Source of the DNA: Pseudobdellovibrionaceae bacterium
Lineage (GTDB): Bacteria; Bdellovibrionota; Bdellovibrionia; Bdellovibrionales; Bdellovibrionaceae
Length of the DNA: 64,000 nucleotides
Assembly (NCBI GenBank): GCA_044359815.1
Contig: JBIKLL010000002.1
Span: 32,001-96,000, forward strand
Reading direction: 5' to 3'
Below the pieces are notes generated by a model. It was not told the DNA's origin. It did no database searches and saw only the letters and a list, made by a program, of their open reading frames with translations. Position numbers and translations under genes: made by a program. Positions 17,263-27,025 of this stretch are shown in pieces. Position 1 is the stretch's first letter, and each line of letters starts with the position of its first letter.

Positions 17263-20163
17263 TTACCTGCCAAGGGTCGTAATTTTTGATTCGATTTCGT
17301 TTTTGTCAGGAGCATTGGGTGACAATGCTAAATATTTATTAAATGCCGCCGCGGCTGCACGCCCATCACCTCTGGCTTCAAAAATATACCCCTGTTCTTT
17401 GTAAACTTCTGGCAAACCCGATTCTTGCGCGGCTGCTATATTGATCATGCTTTCGGCGATATCAGGACTTCCGGCAAATCGGTAACATCTGGCTATATTG
17501 ACGTAAATCATCGCTCCTTGGGGTCTGATTTTAATGACCTGCTGATACTCCTCCGCACATTTTTGGTATTGCTTTTGAATAAAATAAATCTGTGCTGTCA
17601 GCAAATAGGGATCGGCCAAATTAGGATTATTTTTTTTCTCTTCCTTTGCAGCCGACAATGCCAGATTCAGATCACCGGCATCCATGGCGGCCTTACCAAT
17701 ATAATAATTTAACTTGGGATACATTGGATTAATTTTACCAGCTCGTTGAAACTGCATAATTGCTTGCTTGTATGAATTTGCTTCCAGATGAACCAATCCC
17801 GCTCTGATCAGACCTTCTGGATCCGAAGGATCAATTAATGTGGCTGATAAAAAATAACTCAAAGCTTTGTCCCTCAATCCTTGGGCGTTCAGGCTTTCAC
17901 CAATGCCTAACAAAGCTTTTTTATTTCTGGCTTCGACCTGCAAAATTTGGCCATAAATTGTTTGAGCTTCTTTGTATTTAGATTGCTCACGATACATTTC
18001 AGCCAAAGCAATTCTGAATTCTATGGTGTAAGAAAATTTGTTAATTAAATCTTTCATGTAAACAACACCGGTTTCTAGCCCTTGAAACTGGGTCAGAATT
18101 TTTCCATAAACTACTTGAGCGTCTTGATTAGTGCTGTCTAATTCCAAGGCTCTGACAACATATCTTTGCGCCTGCGGAAACTCATTGTTTGCAGCATGAG
18201 CTTTTGCCAATAATACCAAGGTTTCGGTGTCATTTTCATAAAGCTTCAGTGATCTTTGCAAAAACCCAATGGCTGACTTTACGTTATTTCGACGAAATTC
18301 AATTAAGCCAAAACCTTTCAGCACTTCCGAATTATTCGGAAACAATCTGGCAGCTTTATTTAAAATCTGTACCGAGTTACCATAATCATATCTGGCGGAT
18401 AAATAATCCGCCTGCAGAATATAGGCTTGGGTTAATTTAGGCTCAGCTTTTATTGCCAAATTCAACCATCTGATAGCTTCTTGCGATTGGCTTAACGTCC
18501 ACAAACAACGGGCAGCCTTCATCGCCGCCACTCCGTTTTTTTTATTCATTTCATAAGCAGCCTTGTATTGCCCTTGCGCTGCCAAACAGTTTCCTGTTCT
18601 GGCAAACTGATCACCCAGAAAAATCAAATCATTGTTTGAACCGCTATATTCTTGATTCACATCCGCACCCAGCTTTGCCAAAATTTCTTTGTATTTTGGT
18701 TCGGCTGGATTTAATTCAAAGGCTCTTTTTGCTGACTGTTTTGCTTGTTCCAGGTTTTTTCTTTGAAACCAAATTTTAGCCAACTGATAATGCCCTCTGG
18801 CTTCTACCAAAGAAGGCACAGAGCTTTTTATACCCACAGCCGCTATCAAGGTTTTAAGGGCATCATCGTCTTTGTTAAAATGCTCAGACAACATCACGCC
18901 ATATTCTAGCAATGCTCTTTTATGGGATGGATTGTAGTTTAAAGCTCTCATTAATGAATTTATTGCTTTTGACTTTTCATCGACCTTTGAAAAATAAATC
19001 CCGGTATCAACAATTGGTTTGATCCATTCTGGCCACAGCTCGCTGGCCTTTTGTGAATACAAAGCAGCAGTTCTAAAATCACCTTCCTGCGCTACCAGTT
19101 CCGCTTTCAGCCAATACAAAATCGGTGCTGTCGAAAATTTTCTGTCTTCCAATGTGTGCTCAACCACGCCCTTGGCTTCTTTAAATTTACCTAAAATCTC
19201 AAGCCTTATCACATCACAATAAGTTCCATTAACTCCCACAGGATCCAGATTTCGTGCAGTTTGCGTCACCGCTAAAACTAATTTTTGTTCTTCAGGCGAT
19301 TGGGCAGAAAACTGCCAGAGTTCTTTGTAAACCAAACACAAAGTTCCAAACGCATCCAGATTATGATTAGTGCCTTCAATCACACTGATCAGCAGACTCT
19401 GTGCTTTTTCATAATTTTCTGTAGTGTCCTTAACAAAATACTGCACAGCTTTTCCAACCAAATCTTTAACCTGTTCAGGTTTTAGATGGGCTTTGCCAGG
19501 AAGCTTTGGCCCCAGCAGTCTAACGGTGTTTCGATTACCAGTTTTAATTTTTTTAGGAGTTGTAAAAACCGTCAGAATCACAGCTCCCAGAATCATAAAT
19601 CCTGCCGCCATAAACAGTCTGCTCAGATCTGTTTTTTGTTTTCTTTTCGGTTTGGATTTTCTGGTTTCGACATAAGTTGCTGGTTGTTGTCTGGGTTTTG
19701 GTTGATGCTTGGGCTCAGGCGACATCGGAATTTCGGCTTCATCAATAAAAACTTCGGTGGCATTTCCTCCGGATGATTGCGATTGATCTTGAGTTGATAT
19801 CTCAGAGTCAATTTTTGAAATCGAAACTTCCTGAGCCGTTGACTGATTAATTTCCTCATCAATTTTGTTAAGCAGAATTTCCGATTTGGTTTGGTTAATA
19901 TTTTCGATGTTTTGTTCGATAACTTCAGATGGAAGGTCAGGTTGTTTAATTTCATTCAATGCATTTATAAGCGCATCGTAAAATTCAGATTTAGTCGAAA
20001 TATCTATCCATTTGCCATCAGGAGAACGACGAACTTTCTCATCACCCTGCAAGGCCCCTTGATTAATCATCCTCAGGATTGCATCTGTTGGGTAAGGGCC
20101 CAGCAATTTTCCCTTTTTGGTGATAACATCCCAAACAATTGAAGTGTGTTTTGTATCGCTCAT
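17263..20163 (-). CDS. Membrane-anchored TPR protein with N-terminal GYF_2-like domain
   Basis: W.V....G...GPY....I..MI..G.L...W pattern, acidic linker, single TM (LFMAAGFMILGAVILTVF), then many TPR repeats. Confidence 0.82.
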   Translation of the reverse strand: MSDTKHTSIVWDVITKKGKLLGPYPTDAILRMINQGALQGDEKVRRSPDGKWIDISTKSEFYDALINALNEIKQPDLPSEVIEQNIENINQTKSEILLNKIDEEINQSTAQEVSISKIDSEISTQDQSQSSGGNATEVFIDEAEIPMSPEPKHQPKPRQQPATYVETRKSKPKRKQKTDLSRLFMAAGFMILGAVILTVFTTPKKIKTGNRNTVRLLGPKLPGKAHLKPEQVKDLVGKAVQYFVKDTTENYEKAQSLLISVIEGTNHNLDAFGTLCLVYKELWQFSAQSPEEQKLVLAVTQTARNLDPVGVNGTYCDVIRLEILGKFKEAKGVVEHTLEDRKFSTAPILYWLKAELVAQEGDFRTAALYSQKASELWPEWIKPIVDTGIYFSKVDEKSKAINSLMRALNYNPSHKRALLEYGVMLSEHFNKDDDALKTLIAAVGIKSSVPSLVEARGHYQLAKIWFQRKNLEQAKQSAKRAFELNPAEPKYKEILAKLGADVNQEYSGSNNDLIFLGDQFARTGNCLAAQGQYKAAYEMNKKNGVAAMKAARCLWTLSQSQEAIRWLNLAIKAEPKLTQAYILQADYLSARYDYGNSVQILNKAARLFPNNSEVLKGFGLIEFRRNNVKSAIGFLQRSLKLYENDTETLVLLAKAHAANNEFPQAQRYVVRALELDSTNQDAQVVYGKILTQFQGLETGVVYMKDLINKFSYTIEFRIALAEMYREQSKYKEAQTIYGQILQVEARNKKALLGIGESLNAQGLRDKALSYFLSATLIDPSDPEGLIRAGLVHLEANSYKQAIMQFQRAGKINPMYPKLNYYIGKAAMDAGDLNLALSAAKEEKKNNPNLADPYLLTAQIYFIQKQYQKCAEEYQQVIKIRPQGAMIYVNIARCYRFAGSPDIAESMINIAAAQESGLPEVYKEQGYIFEARGDGRAAAAAFNKYLALSPNAPDKNEIESKITTLGR

Positions 20164-20300
20164 TGAGTCCTACTTTGGAACCACGCTGCCCTTATATTGG
20201 AACCACTGCGCTGAGTGTTAATGTCTTTATAATTAATATACCCAATCTAAATTGTGGCACCAAGATTGCTATACATCAAGTCGATCATGGGGGATCAAGA

Positions 20301-20720
20301 ATGAAATCATCAAGAATTACATTTGGAAGTAAGAAAATAGATCGTTCAACGGTCAGAAATATTCTGATCGGGATTTATGTTTTGTGCGTTTTGGGGCTCT
20401 CAGCTACGGCTCGTGCTGATCAACAGTACATGCCAGTTAAGCCTTCAGATAAGTGGAAAGTCGCTGAATATCGCGGCACCGCTGCTTTAACAACAGATGG
20501 CAAGAGCTATCTGATTGTTTCTGAAAATGAAGCTTATTTGCTGAACTCAAATAAAGATCTTAGCCAGTACAATGGTTTACTGGTTAGGGTTGTTGGATTA
20601 GGAGCTAATGTCGAAGCAGGAAAACAGCAAGAAGAATCCTTGGTGCCCCTCACTGAGGACGAAATACAACCTGAAAAGCCTGTTTTGAATGTGTTAGAAA
20701 TCTCAGAGGATCTTTACTGA
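20301..20720 (+). CDS. Hypothetical exported protein (small beta/OB-like domain)
   Basis: Likely start MKSSRI at 20301 after GGGGGA; signal/TM ending ARA-D. Confidence 0.65.
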   Translation: MKSSRITFGSKKIDRSTVRNILIGIYVLCVLGLSATARADQQYMPVKPSDKWKVAEYRGTAALTTDGKSYLIVSENEAYLLNSNKDLSQYNGLLVRVVGLGANVEAGKQQEESLVPLTEDEIQPEKPVLNVLEISEDLY

Positions 20721-20736
20721 TTCTTTGAGAGTTGAC

Positions 20737-20834
20737 GTTCCAGCCCAATCCCCTCCGGGCTGGGACATTAACTATAAAAATAACAAGCTTAGAAGCCTCG
20801 TCGATCTTCCCCTCCAAGACGAGGCTTTTTTTTT
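20737..20834 (+). terminator. Tandem hairpins with CCCCTCC loops ending in a U-tract (intrinsic terminator, possible sRNA)
   Basis: GTTCCAGCCC-aatcccctcc-GGGCTGGGAC and AGAAGCCTCGTC-gatcttcccctccaa-GACGAGGCTTTT followed by a T-run. Confidence 0.75.
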
Positions 20835-22083
20835 ACCCAATTCGTTTTGTTTGAGCGCCTAATTTTTTAAGTTTTTCTTCAAGCTTTTCATATCCACGAT
20901 CTAAATGATAAATCCTGCTGACTGTGGTTTCACCTTTTGCAGCCAATCCTGCCAATACTAAACTGGCGCTGGCTCTTAAATCTGTAGCCATAACAGGCGC
21001 GCCGACTAATCCACCGACTTTTCCACGTATGACTGCGACTCGGGATTTGGGTGTGATGTCGGCTCCCATTCTGCAAAGTTCTGGTACGTGCATAAAACGA
21101 TTTTCAAAAACAGTTTCGGTAATCACACTGCTGCCTTCTGCAATGGTCATCATTGCCATATACTGAGCCTGCAGATCCGTAGGAAACAATGGAAATGGTT
21201 GAGTTGTAATATCAACGCCCTTCCAGCCCTTGTTTTTATGTACGATCACAGCGTTAGATTCCTCTGTGATTTTAATTCCAGCTTCTTTCATCTTAAGTGT
21301 TAAGGACTCAACATGATCTGGAATGGCGTTGATCACCCTGACCTCACCACCAGTCATTGCACCGGCTATCATCAAAGTTCCTGCCTCGATTCGATCTGGC
21401 ATAATTTTGTGTTCAGCAGGATTTAATTTACTGACTCCTTCAATAACAATGATCGAAGTTCCATGGCCTTTAATCTTAGCGCCCATTTTTATTAGGCACT
21501 CTGCCAGATCTACGATTTCAGGTTCTTTAGCTGCATTTTCAATCACAGTGGTTCCCTGAGCTAGCGCTGCCGCCATCATCAGATTTTCGGTACCACCCAC
21601 CGTGCAAGATTCGAAAACAAAGTTACTGCCTTTAAGTTTACCTTTTGCGTGCACGTAACCGTCTTTCAATTCGATTTCTGCGCCTAAGGCCTTCATAGCA
21701 TCTAAATGCAAATCAATGGGACGGGTTCCAATGGCGCAGCCACCAGGCATGGAAACAACAGCTTCGCCATATTTTGCCAGTAAAGGACCTAAGCATAAAA
21801 TACTGGCTCGCATTTTTCGAACCAAATCATAATGGGCTTCAAAATTTTTAGGCTTTTTAACTTCGACGATAAATTTATCAGAATCTCGACGACAATCGGT
21901 GCTGAGAGTTTTTAATAAATCGCTGGTTGATTCAATGTCCTTCAGATCAGGAACATTTGTAAATACATGTTTGCCTTCAGCCAATAATGTTGAAAACAAA
22001 ATCGGTAGCGCTGCATTTTTGGCTCCACTGACTTGAATTTCACCATTCAAAGCCACTCCACCTTTGACAACTATTTTATCCAT
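20833..22083 (-). CDS. murA: UDP-N-acetylglucosamine 1-carboxyvinyltransferase
   Basis: SGAKNAALP, RKMRAS, PGGCAIGTRP, FPTDLQAQ, ATDLRASA. Confidence 0.98.
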   Translation of the reverse strand: MDKIVVKGGVALNGEIQVSGAKNAALPILFSTLLAEGKHVFTNVPDLKDIESTSDLLKTLSTDCRRDSDKFIVEVKKPKNFEAHYDLVRKMRASILCLGPLLAKYGEAVVSMPGGCAIGTRPIDLHLDAMKALGAEIELKDGYVHAKGKLKGSNFVFESCTVGGTENLMMAAALAQGTTVIENAAKEPEIVDLAECLIKMGAKIKGHGTSIIVIEGVSKLNPAEHKIMPDRIEAGTLMIAGAMTGGEVRVINAIPDHVESLTLKMKEAGIKITEESNAVIVHKNKGWKGVDITTQPFPLFPTDLQAQYMAMMTIAEGSSVITETVFENRFMHVPELCRMGADITPKSRVAVIRGKVGGLVGAPVMATDLRASASLVLAGLAAKGETTVSRIYHLDRGYEKLEEKLKKLGAQTKRIG

Positions 22084-22095
22084 AAATTTGCCTTT

Positions 22096-22932
22096 TTAAA
22101 GAGATGCAAAAATAAATCTATCTTGACCAGAATAGTCTTTTTTTATCTGAATGGATCTAAAAAAATTTAAATTTTTAAAAAATTCTTTCACTTCTGGACC
22201 CTGCTTATAGCCGATTTCAAAAATCAAAAGCCCTTTAGGTTTCAATAATTTTGCAGATTCTGTTGCCCAAGTTTTTATAAGAGCCAATCCATTATCATCG
22301 GCAAACAGTGCAATGTGAGGTTCGTATTTTCTGACATGAGGGTCGACTTCGGGATCCGTGACTGCAATGTAAGGGGGATTAGCCAGAATCAAATCAAACA
22401 TTTGATTAAATAAGCTGGCTTTAAATTCACTATTTAAAATTTTAACATTGGAAATCCCAATTATTTTCTGATTTTTTTGTGTCACTAAAAAAGCTTGTTC
22501 GGACTTTTCGATCAATATTCCCTGGCTGGCTTGAACCTGCTTAGCAACACTAAGTCCAATACAACCCGAGCCGGTACCGATATCCAAAAAACTGGGATTG
22601 AGTTTTGTTTTTAAAAACTCTATGGCTTCTTCAACCATGATTTCAGTTTCAGGTCGGGGAATTAAAACATGTTCGTTCACAACAAAAGAATTCTTATAAA
22701 AATATTTTTCACCCAAAATAACTGCTAAGGGTTTGCCCGTAAAACGTAGGTTCAAATATTCTGACAAAGTTTCTTGGTCACTGGCTGATAAGTTTTTATT
22801 AGGATTTAAAATAATCTGCGATTTCGAGAGCCCAGTGACCTTTTCTATCATCAAATAAATTTCAATTTCTTCTATAAATTTATACTCAGAAATCTGAGCC
22901 TTAGCCCATTGAATAAAGCTTGTAAGCTCCAT
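22096..22932 (-). CDS. prmC: Release factor glutamine methyltransferase
   Basis: VLIPRPETE, LDIGTGSGCI, NPPY; directly downstream of prfA. Confidence 0.95.
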   Translation of the reverse strand: MELTSFIQWAKAQISEYKFIEEIEIYLMIEKVTGLSKSQIILNPNKNLSASDQETLSEYLNLRFTGKPLAVILGEKYFYKNSFVVNEHVLIPRPETEIMVEEAIEFLKTKLNPSFLDIGTGSGCIGLSVAKQVQASQGILIEKSEQAFLVTQKNQKIIGISNVKILNSEFKASLFNQMFDLILANPPYIAVTDPEVDPHVRKYEPHIALFADDNGLALIKTWATESAKLLKPKGLLIFEIGYKQGPEVKEFFKNLNFFRSIQIKKDYSGQDRFIFASL

Positions 22933-22935
22933 TTA

Positions 22936-24018
22936 TTAAACCGACTTGCTTTGATTTTTTAAAGCTTCTGCCTGGAAATGCGCGATCAACGGATCAATTA
23001 TGATTTCAAAAGATCCGCCCATAACATCAGGTAGTTGATGAACAGTCAGTCCGATTCTGTGATCTGTGATACGAGTCTGAGGGAAATTGTAAGTTCGAAT
23101 TCTTTCGGATCTGTCACCAGTTCCAATCTGCTCTAGTCGTACGTCAGAGGCTTCCTGACGAGCTTTTTCTTCCTCAAGTTTTAATAGTCTTGAGTACATA
23201 ACCTTAAAGGCTTTTTCTTTGTTAGTCGTTTGGGATTTGCCCTCTTGGCAATGCACTATGATTCCAGTTGGCAGATGTGTCAGCCTGACTGCAGACTCGG
23301 TTCGGTTAACAGATTGGCCACCGGCTCCACTGGCTCGCATAACATCAATTCGAATTTCATTGGGGTTAATTTTGACATCGACTTCATCCGCTTCTGGAAT
23401 GACTGCCACAGTAACCGTCGATGTATGAACTCTTCCAGCAGCTTCGGTCTTAGGGACTCTTTGAACCCTGTGAACACCGCTTTCGTATTTTAACTTGCTG
23501 TAAACCTTTTCCCCGGAAATTGCGGCTACAATTTCTTTATAACCACCGACATTGCCTGGCGAAACTGATAAAACTTCAACCTTCCACCCTAAGGTGCTGC
23601 TGAAATGAGAATAACCTCTGAACAATTCATCGGCAAACAAACTGGCTTCATCACCACCAGCTCCTGCGCGGACTTCCAGAATAATATTTTTGTCATCATT
23701 AGGATCTTTAGGCAGTAGCAAAATCTTGAGCTCGTCTTCGATAGTCGCGACACTTTTTTCAAGCTCGCGGTTTTCTTCCTTAGCCATTTCCCTCAGTTCA
23801 TTATCGCTTTCGTCCTGAGTGATTGCCCAATTGTCTTGGATTTGCTTTTTTTTGTGTTTGTAGTCTCGATAAACAGTAACAACCTTTTCCAAATCAGAAA
23901 GCTCTTTCATTAGCTTTCTGTATTCAGATTGGTTTGAAGCTACGTCAGGTCTTTGTAATAATAAATTAACCTGTTCGTATCTGGATTCGACGCTGTTTAA
24001 TTTATCAAATATGCTCAC
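22936..24018 (-). CDS. prfA: Peptide chain release factor 1
   Basis: [12 protein letters not shown] (PxT), [21 protein letters not shown]. Confidence 0.97.
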   Translation of the reverse strand: MSIFDKLNSVESRYEQVNLLLQRPDVASNQSEYRKLMKELSDLEKVVTVYRDYKHKKKQIQDNWAITQDESDNELREMAKEENRELEKSVATIEDELKILLLPKDPNDDKNIILEVRAGAGGDEASLFADELFRGYSHFSSTLGWKVEVLSVSPGNVGGYKEIVAAISGEKVYSKLKYESGVHRVQRVPKTEAAGRVHTSTVTVAVIPEADEVDVKINPNEIRIDVMRASGAGGQSVNRTESAVRLTHLPTGIIVHCQEGKSQTTNKEKAFKVMYSRLLKLEEEKARQEASDVRLEQIGTGDRSERIRTYNFPQTRITDHRIGLTVHQLPDVMGGSFEIIIDPLIAHFQAEALKNQSKSV

Positions 24019-24260
24019 TTCTTAGCGTATTTTTTCTTGAATCTGTCGATGCGTCCTTCAGTATCTAGGACACGTTGTTTACCAGTAAAAAATGGATGTG
24101 AAGCGCTGGAAATCTCAACCTTGATCAGAGGATATTCTTTACCGTCTTCCCACTTTACTTTTTCTTTTGAGTCCATTGTTGATTGGCTTAAAAAAGAATA
24201 GTCACAAGAGACATCCTTAAAAACTACGTTTCGCACTTTTGGGTGAAGTTCTTTTTTCAT
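24015..24260 (-). CDS. rpmE: 50S ribosomal protein L31, zinc-free (type B)
   Basis: MKKELHP...[29 protein letters not shown]; no CxC/CxxC motif. Confidence 0.95.
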   Translation of the reverse strand: MKKELHPKVRNVVFKDVSCDYSFLSQSTMDSKEKVKWEDGKEYPLIKVEISSASHPFFTGKQRVLDTEGRIDRFKKKYAKK

Positions 24261-24380
24261 ATTATCCTCATCATCAAATTATTATGATTGTTCTAAATAT
24301 TAAGCATGCATTGTTACCATAAGTATCGGAAATCTGTAAAGAATTATAAATTTACAGATTTCCTCAATTATTACAGCAAG

Positions 24381-26087
24381 TTAGCTGCCGCCACCGCTCA
24401 TGCTGGTCAGAAAGGCTTGGTTGGTTTTTGCCTGTTGAATTTTATCAGTCAAAAATTCCATAGCATCAACGACATTCATTGGTGCTAATACTTTTCGTAA
24501 AATCCACAAACGATTCAGATCCGCTTTTTCGATCAACAAATCTTCTTTTCGAGTTCCGGATTTATTAATGTCCATACAAGGGAAGATTCTTTTTTCCATC
24601 AGCTTTCTGTCCAAATGAATTTCAGAATTACCTGTTCCTTTGAATTCTTCGAAAATCACTTCATCCATTCTGGATCCAGTGTCGATCAATGCAGTTGCGA
24701 TAATCGTCAAGCTTCCGCCTTCTTCGATATTCCTAGCTGCACCAAAAAATCTTTTTGGTTTGTGTAAAGCATTTGAATCCACACCACCAGACAAGATCTT
24801 GCCGCTTGGTGGAACGACTGTGTTGTAGGCTCGAGCTAAACGAGTGATTGAATCTAACAAAATAACCACATCATGTTTGTGCTCAACCAGTCTCTTGGCT
24901 TTTTCCAATACCATTTCGGCAACCTGTACGTGGCGTGTAGGTGGCTCATCAAATGTTGAACTGATAACTTCGCCCTTCACAGATCTGAGCATGTCAGTAA
25001 CTTCCTCTGGTCGCTCGTCGATTAATAAGACAATCAGTTTTACCTCGGGGTGATTGACCGAAATTGCATTGGCAATATTTTGCAATAAAACTGTTTTTCC
25101 CGTTCTGGGTGGAGCAACAATTAAAGCCCTTTGACCTTTACCCAGTGGGGCCATCAGATCCACAACTCGGGTCGTGAAGTCCGTTGGATTGTGTTCAAGC
25201 TTTAAACGTTCATTGGGATAAAGCGGTGTTAAGTTATCAAATAAAATTTTATCTTTAGCCGCTTCTGAACTTTCGAAATTTAGCGAGTCTACTCGGGTTA
25301 AAGCAAAATACCTTTCACCCTCTTTAGGTGGGCGAACTGTGCCCGTAATTGTATCACCTGTTCTGAGGCCAAATTTTCTGATCTGTGAAGGTGAAACGTA
25401 AATGTCATCTGGACCTGGCAGATAATTGTAATCAGGCGATCTCAGAAATCCGTAACCATCTGGCAGAATTTCTAAAACACCTGAGCCGTAAATATCACCC
25501 AATCTGGCAGCACGTTTTAGAATTTCAAATACCATGTCCTGTCTGCGAAGACCGGCTGCATTTTCAATTTTCAATTTAATGGCAAGCTCAGTAAGCTGTT
25601 GGATGTTTTTTGTTTTTAGATCCTTAGAGCTTAACCAAGTTTTTTCCTCTTCGCTCAGATTAATATCTGCTAAATCAACCTCTGGCTCGTTAGAAGCTTG
25701 TTGGACAGGTGGCATTGATTCAGATTCATCTTGATAATGCTTGTTGCGATCGTTTCTGTCGTTTCTGAAATCCCTTCGATTGTTATTGTTTCTGAAATCA
25801 CGATTGTTGCGTTTATCAAAATAACGATGGCGGTTGTTAGTGCCTTCTCGATTATTAGTGTTGTTTTCTCGTCTGGGAGCTTCTTCACGAACTTCGGTTT
25901 TTTGTGCTGGAGGCACCGCTGCTGCTTGAGGTTTTGTAGTTTCAGCTGGTGTTGATGCTTCCACTTTGTGTTCTGGTGATTCTGATTTTTCGGATTTAGA
26001 TTCTGAATCTTTTTTGGAAGTTTTGGTTTCTACAACTTTTTTAGGCTTCTTTTTTGAACCTTCGACTTCTTCTTTTGAGTCTGACAA
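24381..26087 (-). CDS. rho: Transcription termination factor Rho with long N-terminal extension
   Basis: TTG start with [52 protein letters not shown]. Confidence 0.98.
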   Translation of the reverse strand: MSDSKEEVEGSKKKPKKVVETKTSKKDSESKSEKSESPEHKVEASTPAETTKPQAAAVPPAQKTEVREEAPRRENNTNNREGTNNRHRYFDKRNNRDFRNNNNRRDFRNDRNDRNKHYQDESESMPPVQQASNEPEVDLADINLSEEEKTWLSSKDLKTKNIQQLTELAIKLKIENAAGLRRQDMVFEILKRAARLGDIYGSGVLEILPDGYGFLRSPDYNYLPGPDDIYVSPSQIRKFGLRTGDTITGTVRPPKEGERYFALTRVDSLNFESSEAAKDKILFDNLTPLYPNERLKLEHNPTDFTTRVVDLMAPLGKGQRALIVAPPRTGKTVLLQNIANAISVNHPEVKLIVLLIDERPEEVTDMLRSVKGEVISSTFDEPPTRHVQVAEMVLEKAKRLVEHKHDVVILLDSITRLARAYNTVVPPSGKILSGGVDSNALHKPKRFFGAARNIEEGGSLTIIATALIDTGSRMDEVIFEEFKGTGNSEIHLDRKLMEKRIFPCMDINKSGTRKEDLLIEKADLNRLWILRKVLAPMNVVDAMEFLTDKIQQAKTNQAFLTSMSGGGS

Positions 26088-26327
26088 GCTTTGCTCCTTG
26101 ATATTTGTGTTAAAAATTTGTTTTAGGTAAGTTTAAAATTATAAAATCTGTTTTAAAAAATTTGTTTTCCGCTTAAAAATTAACTTTAAATTAAGTTTTG
26201 AATTGAAAAGAAAAACCCAATTAAGAGAAATTCTGATTAAGTAGAGTATGTTTGAGCACAGGACTTTTGTCAAACACATATAGATTTAAATGTGGGCAAT
26301 TAAGAATGCATTTTAAGTATCAAGAAA

Positions 26328-26344
26328 TGTTTCATTCTGAGACA
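26328..26344. promoter_or_regulatory. Palindromic candidate operator TGTTTCA-N3-TGAGACA
   Basis: One mismatch from TGTCTCA-N3-TGAGACA; lies in the divergent rho/PilZ intergenic region. Confidence 0.45.
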
Positions 26345-26601
26345 GTTCGATGGAAGGTTTTTTGGTATGAGTTGGTTTCTGAAAATCATTATACTGTGGA
26401 CCGCGACAATCGAGTGACTCAGAATGGGATAAGCTGTTGATATTTTTGGTATTTTTTTGATTTCATTGATATAAAGATCTAAGGGCAATTGCGGAATGTA
26501 CACAGACTGCTCAAACAAACCCATATTCAGACTTTAAACGGTAAAGTTCCTAAATGCTTATACCGAATAAGGAATCTGAACAATTGGGAAAGGAGCATTT
26601 T

Positions 26602-26967
26602 GTGGAAACAACACAAACACCAGCACCAAGAACACCACTATTTATCGATGTTGAGTTTCGACGAAACTACGCACGTGAAAATGGTAAAGGGACCTTAAGA
26701 AATATCAGTATTACTGGTGCTTTTTTAGAGTTCACCAACGAAAACTTTAGAAACGGCGAGAAAGTATTTTTGAAGTTTCGCGTGGCAGGCCGAGAAAGAA
26801 CCATTCAAGCAATGGTTGTTTGGTCTAACGAAAAAGGATCAGGAATTAAATTCTTACCTTCAAACAACAGAGATGTGCAGATTGTTGATGATTTAATTTA
26901 TTTCGTTGAGTCCAAGCGTGGTGGCACCAAAGATATCTTGGATCAAATCTTTAAAAAAGTAGCTTAG
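26602..26967 (+). CDS. PilZ-domain protein
   Basis: GTG start after AAGGAG; PAPRTP and NISITG (D/NxSxxG), VVW...GIKF. The RxxxR motif is incomplete. Confidence 0.82.
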   Translation: METTQTPAPRTPLFIDVEFRRNYARENGKGTLRNISITGAFLEFTNENFRNGEKVFLKFRVAGRERTIQAMVVWSNEKGSGIKFLPSNNRDVQIVDDLIYFVESKRGGTKDILDQIFKKVA

Positions 26968-26996
26968 ATTTATTTTAAATTTCGAATCCAGATTTT

Positions 26997-27025
26997 TGGC
27001 CAGCTATAATTGCTGGCCATTTTTT
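26997..27025 (+). terminator. Intrinsic terminator
   Basis: TGGCCAGC-tataatt-GCTGGCCA followed by a T-run, between convergent genes. Confidence 0.7.

Noticed and set aside
26100..26540. AT-rich region as replication origin, or ORFs 26252-26440 and 26300-26524 as genes
   Set aside because: I saw no cluster of DnaA boxes (TTATCCACA). The ORFs lack RBSs and overlap each other. Best explained as the divergent rho/PilZ promoter region.
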